Shown piece after piece: positions 15,539-25,498 of a stretch of 29,803 nt of DNA; position 1 is the first letter of the stretch; each line of letters starts with the position of its first letter. A program made the position numbers and the translations under genes. The notes under the pieces were generated by a model. It did not search any database, had not been told where the DNA came from, and saw only the letters and a program-made list of their open reading frames with translations. Source of the stretch: a virus (Duplodnaviria; Caudoviricetes); IMG/VR virus record IMGVR_UViG_3300005804_000117, positions 1 through 29,803 of that record; one strand, given 5' to 3'.

Positions 15539-15967
15539 GTGTCTTACTGCACTCTGACCGACATCAAGAAGCAGCTCCCGGAGTCGGTCATCACGAGCCT
15601 TACCGACGATTCCCTGACCGGGAGCGTCGATGAGGCCGTGGTGACCGAGGCCATTGTCGACGCGGACGCGGAGATCGACGCCTGGGTCGGGGGACGCTAC
15701 CAGGTCCCCTTCAGCCCGGTTCCGGACGTGATCCGGAAGGTCTCCACCGATATCGCCGTCTACAACCTGTTTTCCCGCCGGGACAGCGAACCGCCCGAGG
15801 TGAGAAAAGACCGGTACCGGAACGCAATCAAGCTCCTGGAAAGCATCGCCAAGGGGACCGTGACCATCGGGGAACAGGAAGTTACCGCACCGTCAGGCCC
15901 GGCGGATCTCCCCAGACACACCACTCCGGAGCCTGTCTTCACCAAGGAAACTTTGAAGGGGTTCTGA
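15539..15967 (+). CDS. Head-tail adaptor, Mu gp36 / DUF1320 family
   Basis: YCTLTDI...DADAEIDAWVGGRYQVP...DIAVYNL...RYRNAIKLLESIAKG. Confidence 0.9.
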   Translation: MSYCTLTDIKKQLPESVITSLTDDSLTGSVDEAVVTEAIVDADAEIDAWVGGRYQVPFSPVPDVIRKVSTDIAVYNLFSRRDSEPPEVRKDRYRNAIKLLESIAKGTVTIGEQEVTAPSGPADLPRHTTPEPVFTKETLKGF

Positions 15968-16383
15968 TGTACGTCCACGAAATCGTCGACAAAATTGTGG
16001 AGCGCTTGAAGGCCTATATAACGGGCCTTGAAATCAAGCCCTTCCCCGCCGAACCCGGCAAATACCGGTTGATGCATCCACGCGGCGCGCTCCTGGTCCA
16101 CTATGCCGGCAGCAATGCAGAGAAAGGTCGGCAGCCTGTCCTCGCAGTCCGGGCCGTGGCCAGGTTCGAAGGTGATGCCCTGCTCTTCCTGGAGGCGGCG
16201 CGCGTCATCATCAACGGCTGGCAGATACCGGGCTGCAGCCGGTTCGAGTATGACGGCGACGAGTATCTGGACGAAAAACAGGGGACCTGGGAATACGACA
16301 TCATGTTCAGGACCTCGACGCCGGCGCCGCCGGTGGCCGAGGGGCAGATCAGGGAGAAGTTGACGGAGTTGGGAATAACGTAA
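15967..16383 (+). CDS. Mu gp37-like tail terminator/neck protein
   Basis: FPAEPGKYRLMHPRGALLVHYAGS...WEY; follows gp36. Confidence 0.8.
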   Translation: MYVHEIVDKIVERLKAYITGLEIKPFPAEPGKYRLMHPRGALLVHYAGSNAEKGRQPVLAVRAVARFEGDALLFLEAARVIINGWQIPGCSRFEYDGDEYLDEKQGTWEYDIMFRTSTPAPPVAEGQIREKLTELGIT

Positions 16384-16396
16384 AAAGGAGGCACAC

Positions 16397-17188
16397 ATGC
16401 CCGCGCAGAATCTCGTTGAATCGAAGTATTACTCCGGCCAGGGGGCGCTGTTGATCGCGGAACGCGATGCGACCACAGGGAAACCTAAGGGGTTCAGCCA
16501 CGTGGGGAACGTCCCGGAACTCAAGATCTCTATCGGCGTATCCGTTGACGAACACAAGGAGGCCACCACGGGGCAGAGGGCCGTTGACAAGCGCCGGACC
16601 ACAGAGACCAAGGTCGGTGTATCCGCAATCCTGGAGTCGCTGAACAAGGAAAACCTGGCCACGGCACTCAGGGGTACCGCGGCAACCGTGGCGGCGGGCA
16701 ATGCGGCCGACGAGTCGGTCACGGCGTATCTCGGCAAGACCGTGGCCCTGGCCCACGTCAAGGTGAGCACCGTTGTGGTAAAAGACGACACCGGCACAGT
16801 TACCTACGAGGCTGACAAGAACTACACGGTCAACGCCGAAGCCGGGTCCATCAACATCCTTACCGCGGCCGAGCAGACCGCCCGGGGCGCGGCGGCGAAC
16901 ATCGATGACGAGGACGACCTGAAGGTCAGTTACTCCTACGCCGCCCAGGAGACCGTGGAGGCCATGACCGAGGCGGCCAAGGACTACTGTCTGCGCTTCG
17001 AGGGGCTGAACACTGCCGAGGACAACAAGGCTGTGGTGGTGGAGATCTTCAAGTTCTCCAGCGACCCGCTGAAGGAACTGTCCCTCATCGGCGACTCGCT
17101 GGGGCAGATGCCGCTGGAGGGCGCCGCGCAGATGGACCTCACACGCACCACCGGCAGCAAGTTCTTCCGGGAGATCCTGGAGGCGTAA
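16397..17188 (+). CDS. Major tail tube protein (non-contractile tail)
   Basis: YYSGQG...VGNVPELKI...LRFEGLNTA...LSLIGD; strong AAGGAGG RBS; no sheath gene in the window. Confidence 0.8.
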   Translation: MPAQNLVESKYYSGQGALLIAERDATTGKPKGFSHVGNVPELKISIGVSVDEHKEATTGQRAVDKRRTTETKVGVSAILESLNKENLATALRGTAATVAAGNAADESVTAYLGKTVALAHVKVSTVVVKDDTGTVTYEADKNYTVNAEAGSINILTAAEQTARGAAANIDDEDDLKVSYSYAAQETVEAMTEAAKDYCLRFEGLNTAEDNKAVVVEIFKFSSDPLKELSLIGDSLGQMPLEGAAQMDLTRTTGSKFFREILEA

Positions 17189-20100
17189 TGCCCACTCAAC
17201 TCCTCATAGCCCACATTGATTCAGTGCTCGCCGGCGCGGAGGTTTCCGCCTCGGCCGTGCTCCCCTCTTCCAGCATCCGGTCCCTCGGCATGACCCGCCA
17301 GGGGACCGGACTCGTTGTCCTGGAAGGGGAATACGTTGGACACGAATCGGCGGACTATGACGTTGAGATCGTCACTGGCGACGGCACCGGCAGGGCTTCA
17401 ACGCCGACATTCAGCGGCGTGGGGAGCGGCTCGCTGAATGTCGGCGCGGCGGACATCCCGGCGCAGGAGGTCGCCGTTACCCTGGTGCGGCCGCCGTTTG
17501 CCGGGACTCCTGCCGAATGCCTGGTGGGATCGGACGCGCTGCGGGCCGTGCCTGCGGGAGCGGCCGGCAACCGCATCCGGATTGACGTGGACGTCTCCGG
17601 ACTCTCGCTCGCCCCCTCCGGCGCGGCGACCCTGGAGGAAGTGGCCGCGGAGCAGGATGAGCTGACAGGCTACCTGTGGGACATCGAAGGGGTGGTCACC
17701 TCGACCGACCTCTCCGGCAACGTATCGGCCGATGCTCCTCGGGTGCGTTTCGGCAGCGATCCCCAGGTCTACCGGGTGGTTCGGGACTATCGCGGAGGGC
17801 AGATCCGTACGCTGCTCACGCCCGCGGCGGTCCGGGTCATCCCCAAGGGCACGCCGATAATCATCGTTACCGGTTATTACTCAGTGACCGTTACCGGAGA
17901 GGGGCTCGGCGCCGGCGGAGCCGACATCGTCGAGAGCTACGGCCCGGTTGCCCAGATTGTCACCGGACACGACCTGCTGCTGGCGCTGATCGCCTCGGGA
18001 CTGCTGCGTCCGGCCTATACGCCGGCGCCGGTTACCACTCCGGGCGGCAACGCCCGCACCGATCTGCCAGTGGCCACGGGAGCCTATGCCCTCATCGAGG
18101 AGGCCAGCGTCGCCGGCGTCCGGCCCCTGGACCTCTCCGCCCGCCCCGCGGCACTGGCGGACACCATCACGCTGCAGTGCCGGGGAAACGGTTCCTGGAG
18201 CGTCTCCGGCGCGGCCCTGGGCGCTCTGCCCGACGCCAGGGAGGGAGAACGCTACGCCCCGGCAGCCTCGCCGGTGCTGTTGACCATCCCGGTCCGCCCG
18301 GCCATAGGTGGCGCCGGCGCTGTCAGGGATGTGGAATTGAGCGAAGTGTCGCTGGTCAGCCGGACGGAAGGTGAGCTGATCCCGAATATCTGTATCGAGG
18401 GACGGCTGGGGATCAATGCGTCGCCGCGGACCATCACGGCGACCTACACCAAACGGCCGAATCCGAACGACTGCCCCTGCAGCGACGTGGATGCGCCGCG
18501 CTGGAGTTCGTCATGTCTCGGGCTGGATCTCAACAACGACGAAGGGGGTGATATTTTGGATGCGGATTATCAGTCCCGCCTGAAAGATCTCTACGAGTGG
18601 CAGAGGGATTTCATTGCGGGGAATACCGAGCTGCGGCCGATTCAGACCTTTAATTTCAACGGGTCGTCCTGGCTCACGGCCGACCAGGCCCTAAACATCT
18701 GGACACCGCGGATAGCGTCGGCAGCAGAGGGTACAGACTTATTCGGAGCCAACTGGCTCGGGACCCTATCACCGATAAACACAGAAGTCGGGATGGTTGC
18801 GGAAGATCTTAAGCGCGCCTTTCCTGCCGCCGTGACGGGGAACTATGCCGGCGCCTTTGTCTCCGGCAAAGCAGCGACAGACGCCTCCGATATCCACCTG
18901 TGCAAAATCATCACGACTATCCTGGCCGATTGTCTGGCCCAGGTGTACACCAGCGTCGACGGCCGCACCGCCTGGGACGCCATGTTCCTCGCCGTACAGG
19001 CCGAGCTGGAGGCGTTGGCCTCCGATAGCGGCATCCTGGGGACCGACGCGACGACCGATTTTACCGAGAAATATTTTGCTGCGGCGGATTACGTGCTTAC
19101 CTGCGCCGGCATAGTGCCGGGAAAAACTAGCCCTGTCAGCGGTGTTGTAACCGGCTGCTGGCAGGATATCGATGGAGAGGAATTCTGGTGGGTCCTCTCC
19201 GACGGTTACGCCCCGGCGTTTAGCGGTGTGGAGTATTACTCCACCCGCTTGGGGAGCTACGAAAACACCAAGGAGTTTGCTTTTCAGATCCGATGCGGGT
19301 GCGAAGAACGCCTCAAAGAGGGCGATCGGCTCACCATCAGCATCGGCGGGGCTCTCGCTTCAACCGTCTGGAGCAGCTCGGAGCGGCTGATGATAACGGT
19401 TATCCCCTCGCGGCCATTGTACGCCGTGGGGGGACTGGATGCCGACGACACCGAGTCGTGGACCGTGGCGGCCCGAGACGGCGCCAACAACCCGCTCCCG
19501 GCCGCGAATCTCACCGCGGCAAACCGGCACTATGCCGCCGGGGGGTTGGTGTTCGATTTGCCCTCCGGCGGTATTCCGTTTGCCATCGGAGACAAATTTT
19601 CGTTTTCGGTTGAAGGGGGCACCTTCCGCTGGCGCAAGGGCGGCGACGCCTGGTCGGCCGCCATTCCCATCGCCGACGCCACCCTCCTGGAGCTGGGGCT
19701 CTCCGTCTCGTTTCTGGCCGGGCAGGCTCCGTCATTCGCACCCGGAGACCTGTACCGGTTTCGAGCCCTCCAGGATGCGGCTCCGGACCTGGTATTAACG
19801 CCCGACGCCTACGCCTGGCAATGGCAGGCCGGTCCGGCGGATATCACCATGCTTTGGGGTACTGCCCGTGATATCACCGCCATTGCCATCACCCACGCCC
19901 TCCCGGCAGGCGCTACCGTCACCGCGGAAACCACTTCCAATGGAATTGACTGGACCCCGCTCCCCTGGTTGTCGGCAGTGCCGCTCCGGGACTGGCTGCA
20001 TGTCGCATCGGGCGCGGCGGTCGCCGTTGTCGGCCTGCGCCTCACCTTCAGTACAGCCGGCGCGGTCCGCTGGATATGGGCGGGTAAACCGTTCCAGCCG

Positions 20101-20451
20101 GACGTGAACGCGGCTCTGCGACTGCGCCATGTCTACGACATGACCCGGGCCAGGGTAGCCGGTGCCTCCGCGCTGATGGCGGAGGGGACCGGCGCCACCA
20201 TGGATTGGGTCATGCTCTCTCCGGACGATGCGGCCAAATTGACCGCCCTGGTCCGCGGCCAGAAAACGATCGGCGACGTGCCGCTGATCCTAGTTCCGCA
20301 GGAGCTTCATCTGAACGAGGCGTATCTTTGCCGTGTCGACGGCGATGAATTCGAGGTCACGGACGAATTCAACTATGAGCCTAACGATATAGCCCATCGA
20401 TCTATCGCCGCCTCGCTGGAGCTGGCTCCGGAATGGAGGTCCGTGGGATGA
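17188..20451 (+). CDS. Large (1087-aa) virion tail/baseplate protein
   Basis: Beta-rich, G/A/T/V-rich sequence with Cys clusters; coupled to the tail tube gene. Family not recognised. Confidence 0.65.
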   Translation: MPTQLLIAHIDSVLAGAEVSASAVLPSSSIRSLGMTRQGTGLVVLEGEYVGHESADYDVEIVTGDGTGRASTPTFSGVGSGSLNVGAADIPAQEVAVTLVRPPFAGTPAECLVGSDALRAVPAGAAGNRIRIDVDVSGLSLAPSGAATLEEVAAEQDELTGYLWDIEGVVTSTDLSGNVSADAPRVRFGSDPQVYRVVRDYRGGQIRTLLTPAAVRVIPKGTPIIIVTGYYSVTVTGEGLGAGGADIVESYGPVAQIVTGHDLLLALIASGLLRPAYTPAPVTTPGGNARTDLPVATGAYALIEEASVAGVRPLDLSARPAALADTITLQCRGNGSWSVSGAALGALPDAREGERYAPAASPVLLTIPVRPAIGGAGAVRDVELSEVSLVSRTEGELIPNICIEGRLGINASPRTITATYTKRPNPNDCPCSDVDAPRWSSSCLGLDLNNDEGGDILDADYQSRLKDLYEWQRDFIAGNTELRPIQTFNFNGSSWLTADQALNIWTPRIASAAEGTDLFGANWLGTLSPINTEVGMVAEDLKRAFPAAVTGNYAGAFVSGKAATDASDIHLCKIITTILADCLAQVYTSVDGRTAWDAMFLAVQAELEALASDSGILGTDATTDFTEKYFAAADYVLTCAGIVPGKTSPVSGVVTGCWQDIDGEEFWWVLSDGYAPAFSGVEYYSTRLGSYENTKEFAFQIRCGCEERLKEGDRLTISIGGALASTVWSSSERLMITVIPSRPLYAVGGLDADDTESWTVAARDGANNPLPAANLTAANRHYAAGGLVFDLPSGGIPFAIGDKFSFSVEGGTFRWRKGGDAWSAAIPIADATLLELGLSVSFLAGQAPSFAPGDLYRFRALQDAAPDLVLTPDAYAWQWQAGPADITMLWGTARDITAIAITHALPAGATVTAETTSNGIDWTPLPWLSAVPLRDWLHVASGAAVAVVGLRLTFSTAGAVRWIWAGKPFQPDVNAALRLRHVYDMTRARVAGASALMAEGTGATMDWVMLSPDDAAKLTALVRGQKTIGDVPLILVPQELHLNEAYLCRVDGDEFEVTDEFNYEPNDIAHRSIAASLELAPEWRSVG

Positions 20452-20723
20452 GAGTCACTGTGCGGACAACGCCGCCCATCGTGATGACCAGGCCCGGCCG
20501 GCTCCTCGGTGTCGGCGCGGTCCATGGGAAGCTCTCCCCGGGGGCCGAAAACACCACCTCCTCTGTTTCCCTGGACAATGGAGACGGCTATTTTTCCAGG
20601 TTGTGGGCGGTACCGCCGCTGGGGTTCGAAGTGGCGATTGAGCACGGTGGCGAAGTCGTATTCAGCGGAGCCGTTACCCGCTGCAGCCTGTCCGCGGTCT
20701 GCGAGCTGGAGTGCGAATCATGA
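20448..20723 (+). CDS. Small tail-tip protein
   Basis: ATGA-coupled with GGAGG RBS; SVSLDNGDGYFS and VFSGAV motifs. Confidence 0.65.
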   Translation: MRVTVRTTPPIVMTRPGRLLGVGAVHGKLSPGAENTTSSVSLDNGDGYFSRLWAVPPLGFEVAIEHGGEVVFSGAVTRCSLSAVCELECES

Positions 20724-22048
20724 GCCTGCTGCTGCCGCTGTCACGCCCGGTGCCGCTGCGCGACACCACCGCCTGGGGCAGGTTTGCGTCCGTGCAGGCG
20801 CTCCCCAGGGTGTACGGACGCGCCACCCTGAAAGCGGTGCCGTATGACGACACCGGCCGGCGCTGGCTCGTTGCCGACCACCCCATCGGAGGCATCGTTT
20901 CCGTTTCCCTCGAGGGTACGCCGGTCACGGCATACCGTCTGCGACATGAGCCGGATGCCACCGGTAAGACGAACGCGCTCCTGGAGGTGCAGACCGCCCT
21001 GCAGATCGGCAAAGAGACCCTGACCGCCACCATTGACGGCCTGTTGCACCCCATCAGCGGCCATCCCATGGTCAACCCGGCAGACGTGGCCTGGGACCTG
21101 CTCCAGTGGGCCACCGGCCGCGCCATCGACCGGGGCCGGTTCGCTCTATGGTCCGCTGCCTGTCAACGCGAGGGCATCGAGGCCCACGGCGTGGCGGGTA
21201 ATGCTTCTCAGACCATCCGGTCGCTCCTGGACGCAATTGCTGCGAGCAGCGGATCTCTCTGGTCCGGGAGCATGCCCGGGCTGGGACGGCTGCTCCCTGA
21301 GCTTGAAGGGGACAGTCCCTCTGGAGTCCTTAAAGGGACTGTCCCCCTCTCGCGTGCCGCCATCTCCTCGGTCTCCAGTGACGCCCGGCTGAACGACATT
21401 GCCACCGTTGTCACGGTCCGGTTCGGTTTCGATTGGGCAAAAAATGACTACGCCGGGAGCGTTACCTATCACGCTCCAGAGGCTATCAAGGTCCATGGCC
21501 GTATTGAAGAGGTCATCGAGGCCGCTTGGTGCCCCACCCCGCGCCAGGCGGCCCGGCTTGCCGAGGCGCACTGCAGGAGGCGCTCCGGAGCACGCTGGGA
21601 AATCACGCTGGACGGCGACCGTTCCCTGTCCGCGGTCAACCCGGGTGATACGGTTTCGACGGTCCACCCCCTGCTGCCCGGCGGGGCCGTGTCCGGAGCC
21701 CTGGTCACCGGCATCGACCGGGATCACGGGGCAGGCGCCATGACCCTGACCCTGGACCACCCGGCCGGGCCGGTCGTGGCCGTGGAGATAGCAGGTTGGT
21801 CCGGCCGGTTCACGCCTCAGGCGCCGACCGTTACGCGGGTGGCCATCGGTAATGGGACTATACCCCTGATCATCGCCGATGACGCCGGGAAACCGCTGGC
21901 GGGCGCAATTGCCACCCTCGACGGTGAGAAAACGGCCATTGCCGACGCCAGCGGCCGGGTGACGTTCAGCGGGGTCAAGGCCGGGAAGCATGTCGTTGAG
22001 ATTCGGGCCTCAGGCTATGCGCCGTTCTGGGTAGAGGTAAACGTATGA
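20720..22048 (+). CDS. Tail hub / tip-attachment protein with C-terminal carboxypeptidase-regulatory-like (Ig-type) domain
   Basis: LPRVYG...NPADVAWDLL...VNPGDTVSTVHP hub motifs; GKPLAGA...ASGRVTFSGVKAGKHVVEIRASGY. Confidence 0.7.
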   Translation: MSLLLPLSRPVPLRDTTAWGRFASVQALPRVYGRATLKAVPYDDTGRRWLVADHPIGGIVSVSLEGTPVTAYRLRHEPDATGKTNALLEVQTALQIGKETLTATIDGLLHPISGHPMVNPADVAWDLLQWATGRAIDRGRFALWSAACQREGIEAHGVAGNASQTIRSLLDAIAASSGSLWSGSMPGLGRLLPELEGDSPSGVLKGTVPLSRAAISSVSSDARLNDIATVVTVRFGFDWAKNDYAGSVTYHAPEAIKVHGRIEEVIEAAWCPTPRQAARLAEAHCRRRSGARWEITLDGDRSLSAVNPGDTVSTVHPLLPGGAVSGALVTGIDRDHGAGAMTLTLDHPAGPVVAVEIAGWSGRFTPQAPTVTRVAIGNGTIPLIIADDAGKPLAGAIATLDGEKTAIADASGRVTFSGVKAGKHVVEIRASGYAPFWVEVNV

Positions 22049-22533
22049 AAACACTGATTGTGCCGGGGCCAAGCCGGGAAGTGGGGGTGCGATTGACCAG
22101 GGAGGCTGTCCCGACCGCTACGGAGACGCCTGCAGCGTGCATCCCCGAGATTGCCGGTCTGGTGCTGCCGATGGATTACAACGCCACGGAGATCTGCCGG
22201 GCGGCTCAGAGAGCGTCGAGCTTTTCATGCCCCTACGACACATTCAATTTTATCCCGGTCCAGTTGAGCGGAAACACCTGCGGACTGCCAGTCACCTGGC
22301 GCTACGACTGGGAGCCGGGTGATTATGTCTACCCGATGACCCGTCCGTACTTTTTTGAATATGGCCAGACGGCTGTTGTCGCGTGGACGCACAAGTACTC
22401 CTTGGACGCCGAATCGGGGCTCTACTACTACAAAGCCACGCTCCAACCCGGTGTATTTCGGGTCTGGGCCACCTGCGACGGTATCGAATTCGGCCCTGTT
22501 ACCATCACTTTCGCGGCCGCCCTGCCCCAATAA
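22045..22533 (+). CDS. Hypothetical tail-associated protein (Cys/aromatic-rich)
   Basis: ATGA-coupled with GAGGT RBS; 162 aa. Confidence 0.7.
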   Translation: MKTLIVPGPSREVGVRLTREAVPTATETPAACIPEIAGLVLPMDYNATEICRAAQRASSFSCPYDTFNFIPVQLSGNTCGLPVTWRYDWEPGDYVYPMTRPYFFEYGQTAVVAWTHKYSLDAESGLYYYKATLQPGVFRVWATCDGIEFGPVTITFAAALPQ

Positions 22534-22543
22534 CGGAGTTGCC

Positions 22544-22738
22544 ATGAGGCTATTATCCAGATTTATCTGGCCAAGACGAGTTGTTGTCCCGACCACACCG
22601 AAATCCCCCCCGGCAGCGCCTACCCCCGTCCGGTCCGGAGACGATTATCTTCGCTGGCTGGCGGACGCCAAGCAGCGCGGGCTCAGGCTGCCGGGAGGTT
22701 GCTGTGACCGGCCATCGAACAGGGAAATTAAAAGGTAG
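22544..22738 (+). CDS. Small hypothetical protein ending PGGCCD
   Basis: GGAG RBS before ATG 22544; 64 aa. Confidence 0.5.
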   Translation: MRLLSRFIWPRRVVVPTTPKSPPAAPTPVRSGDDYLRWLADAKQRGLRLPGGCCDRPSNREIKR

Positions 22739-22778
22739 GTGCGGGGTCATCCCGCCCGCAACCACAAAGGAGACGTAA

Positions 22779-23177
22779 ATGCGCAAGCACGAAGTAATCG
22801 AAGTCGACGGCAAACGGATCACCGTCTCGGAACTGAAGGTCAAGGATATCCTCTCCCTCATCACCGGGGAGGGCGGCAAGCTCGGGGCAGTGAAGGTCTC
22901 GGAAATCGTCCGCCGGGCCCAGGATGTCATCCCTCTGGCGGTGGATTGCCCCCTGGAGGAGTTGCAGGAGCTGGCGCCGTCCGAGCTGGAGGAGGTGTGG
23001 GAGGCGTTCAAGCGGGTAAACGCGGTTTTTTTCAGGCTCGCGGACGCGCTGGGGCTGGCAGGCGTCCTCAAGGAGCTGAAAAATTCAGCCGCGAAAGTCT
23101 TCTCGGGGCTGTATGTCTCGTCATTGAGCGCGGCCATGGACCGGGCGCCTGGGATTACGGATACGGCCACTTCATAG
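22779..23177 (+). CDS. Tail assembly chaperone (gpG-like)
   Basis: AAGGAG RBS; ITVSELKVKDI...ELAPSELEEVWEAFKRVNAVFF; overlapped by an open -1 frame. Confidence 0.7.
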   Translation: MRKHEVIEVDGKRITVSELKVKDILSLITGEGGKLGAVKVSEIVRRAQDVIPLAVDCPLEELQELAPSELEEVWEAFKRVNAVFFRLADALGLAGVLKELKNSAAKVFSGLYVSSLSAAMDRAPGITDTATS

Positions 23178-23293
23178 AGGTTTTACAGGCTATTTACCGG
23201 CGCGATGAAGAGGCATTAAAGAGGCTGGCGATTGCGGTCCGCACGGCGTATCACGCGGACGCGAAGGGGTTCGAACAGTGGGTGAACCGATAA
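23027..23293 (+). CDS. -1 frameshift extension of the chaperone (gpGT-like)
   Basis: -1 frame is open to 23293 (VCLVIERGH..AWDYGY.HF...LAIAVRTAYHAD) with no start of its own; candidate slip site T TTT TTC at 23027-23033. Confidence 0.6.
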   Translation, partial: FFQARGRAGAGRRPQGAEKFSRESLLGAVCLVIERGHGPGAWDYGYGHFIEVLQAIYRRDEEALKRLAIAVRTAYHADAKGFEQWVNR

Positions 23294-23601
23294 TTACCAT
23301 CGTACAAGGTGAGACGCTGCGGCTGCGGGTAACGGTGCGGAATAAGCGGACCGGTGCGCCCATCGACCTGACCGGCGCAGCCATTACGGGAGATGTTCGG
23401 AAGGCATTCAACGGAGCCTCTCTGAAGGCGTTCACCATTGAGCCCGGTGTCCTGGCCGAAGGCGTGTTTCGCCTGCTGCTCGATAAAACCGCATCCGAAG
23501 CAATCCCCTCGGGGGATCACGTGTTCCAGGCGCGGATCGAGACCGCCGACGGGACCGTGAAGAAGCGGCCGCGTGGCAAATTCATCGTTTTACCGGGGTA
23601 A
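23278..23601 (+). CDS. BppU/fibre-adaptor-like small Ig-fold protein
   Basis: IVQGETL...PIDLTGA...VRK...G.F.V.PG pattern, just before the fibre gene. Confidence 0.65.
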   Translation: MGEPIITIVQGETLRLRVTVRNKRTGAPIDLTGAAITGDVRKAFNGASLKAFTIEPGVLAEGVFRLLLDKTASEAIPSGDHVFQARIETADGTVKKRPRGKFIVLPG

Positions 23602-23606
23602 GTGAC

Positions 23607-24332
23607 ATGGAAGACGAGATAGTCGTACTGATAGAGGACGACGAGACCATCATTGCCGAGATGGCCGAGCAGGGACCGCCCGGGCCACCGGGAGACAGTC
23701 TGATTACGGACGAGCAGCGCGCCGCATTGGCTGGAACGGCGGGGGCTCCATCCGATGTGAACAGATTTGTCACGGATGAGGATGCGCGGATGTCCGACAC
23801 CAGGACTCCGACTGGCCACGCGGCGAGTCACTCAGCCGGCGGTGAGGATGCCCTGACGCCGGGCGACATCGGGGCGGCAGAGTCGGGACATGATCACGAT
23901 GGCACGTATGCCCCGGCAGCGAAAGGCGTAACCGGCGGCGACACTCACGACCATTCCGATGGAGACGGCGCCCCCATCCTGAAAACCATCTCCATCGGCG
24001 TCACCGTCGACGGCGCAGGAGCAGTCATAACAGCCGGGAGCAAGGGATTCCGTCCCCTGCCTGCGCCGGCCACAATCCTGGGCTGGCGGTTGGTGGCAGA
24101 CCAGGCCGGGAGCGTGGTGATGGACGTCAGGAAATGCTCTTTCGCGGAGTTTCCAGCGTCGGTTTCCATTGTCGGCGGTAACAACCCTGCCCTGGTCGAC
24201 CAACAGAAATCCGAGAATTCTGATCTCACCGAATGGGATGCCGCGCTGGCTGCCGGCGACGAGCTGGAGTTCGTGGTTGTGTCGGCGGCCGCGGTGACCT
24301 GGGTGAGGTTGTCGTTAACCATCAGCTATTAG
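23607..24332 (+). CDS. Tail fibre-like protein
   Basis: Collagen-like QGPPGPPG, HAASH / HDHD / HDH metal-knot motifs, beta-sandwich C-terminus. Confidence 0.7.
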   Translation: MEDEIVVLIEDDETIIAEMAEQGPPGPPGDSLITDEQRAALAGTAGAPSDVNRFVTDEDARMSDTRTPTGHAASHSAGGEDALTPGDIGAAESGHDHDGTYAPAAKGVTGGDTHDHSDGDGAPILKTISIGVTVDGAGAVITAGSKGFRPLPAPATILGWRLVADQAGSVVMDVRKCSFAEFPASVSIVGGNNPALVDQQKSENSDLTEWDAALAAGDELEFVVVSAAAVTWVRLSLTISY

Positions 24333-24341
24333 GAGGATATT

Positions 24342-25238
24342 ATGGCCGCAGTAATCCACAGACAGGACGGCTGGACAACTTCGGGTCCGCTGGCGACCCA
24401 GATAATAAACGATCTGCGAAATAACGGTTTCACCGTCAAATACGTCAACAGCGGGCTGATAACGGACAACCCGATAACCGCGACCATCGCCACCCTGGAG
24501 GCAGGGCCGGACGTTGACCCACTCGCTGCAACCCAGCCGTGGAGGATACAGGTTGACGGTTCGGTTGCGTCGACCGTGACGCTGTATTTTGGCACTGTAA
24601 ACCAGTTGCCGGATGGAGCCGCTAGGACCGGTTCTCCCGTGTCGGTGGTCGTTGCTAACAGTCAAATCTTGGGAGCGGCCGCGCTCTGCAACTATAATCT
24701 CGTAATTTCGCCCCGGGGAGTATTTGTCCGTACTTACACCCAAGGTAAAGGGAACGGCTATTACGGCCTGGCGTGCTGCCAGCGCCCGGTTGACCGAGCC
24801 ACAGGCGCCGCATTAACCACTGGGTATGCACCGGTGTTTGTTATTACACTGGCCGGCGCGGCCACACCAGTCACGTTGCAGCGCGGGGTGGTGCGCGAAT
24901 CGGATTCACTCACCCCTATTGCCGGGTCGAATATTTATTCTCCCGGCGAAACAGGGGTGAACGCCTACAACTTAGGCGGCCCTCAACCCCCATCGCTTGA
25001 CTCCGCCGGAAATTACGTTCTCACCCAATTCACGGGGTTCTCCACAGCCAGAATGGTGTTCTTGTATGACATGGATTTGATGCTCATCGCGCCAACAGTA
25101 GGGTTTACTGATGGCGGAGAGGTGATCCTGTCCATGTATGGCGGGAACAGGGTCTATACTGCCATGAGGGGTGTGGGAGTTACTCAAACATCCTCGGCAT
25201 CCATCCTATTCCTGACCTCGGGCGGGGGGCTTCCGTAA
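24342..25238 (+). CDS. Putative receptor-binding / virion structural protein
   Basis: AGGAGG RBS; T/G/V-rich; visibly lower GC than its neighbours. Confidence 0.6.
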   Translation: MAAVIHRQDGWTTSGPLATQIINDLRNNGFTVKYVNSGLITDNPITATIATLEAGPDVDPLAATQPWRIQVDGSVASTVTLYFGTVNQLPDGAARTGSPVSVVVANSQILGAAALCNYNLVISPRGVFVRTYTQGKGNGYYGLACCQRPVDRATGAALTTGYAPVFVITLAGAATPVTLQRGVVRESDSLTPIAGSNIYSPGETGVNAYNLGGPQPPSLDSAGNYVLTQFTGFSTARMVFLYDMDLMLIAPTVGFTDGGEVILSMYGGNRVYTAMRGVGVTQTSSASILFLTSGGGLP

Positions 25239-25498
25239 TGGCCTATACTCCCGGTGTTGATACGGTAATTCTTAATGGCGTCCATGAGCTGCTGCTAGCT
25301 GTCCCGGCTCCCGGCCTGGCGCCGGAGAATACTATTATCTGGCGGCACCCAATCCTGATCCAGAATGCACGGGCACCCGGCACCGGCTACCCTGCCGCCG
25401 CGGACGTCCGTGACGGTGTGGTGTACGGCGACCTGGAGCAGTACGAGGGGGTGATGGTTGCGGGCGGTGGCAGCGGTGAAGTGAGTGTGGTTTTTTAA
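25238..25498 (+). CDS. Small hypothetical virion protein
   Basis: TAATG-coupled; PAAADVRDGVVYG motif. Confidence 0.6.
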   Translation: MAYTPGVDTVILNGVHELLLAVPAPGLAPENTIIWRHPILIQNARAPGTGYPAAADVRDGVVYGDLEQYEGVMVAGGGSGEVSVVF

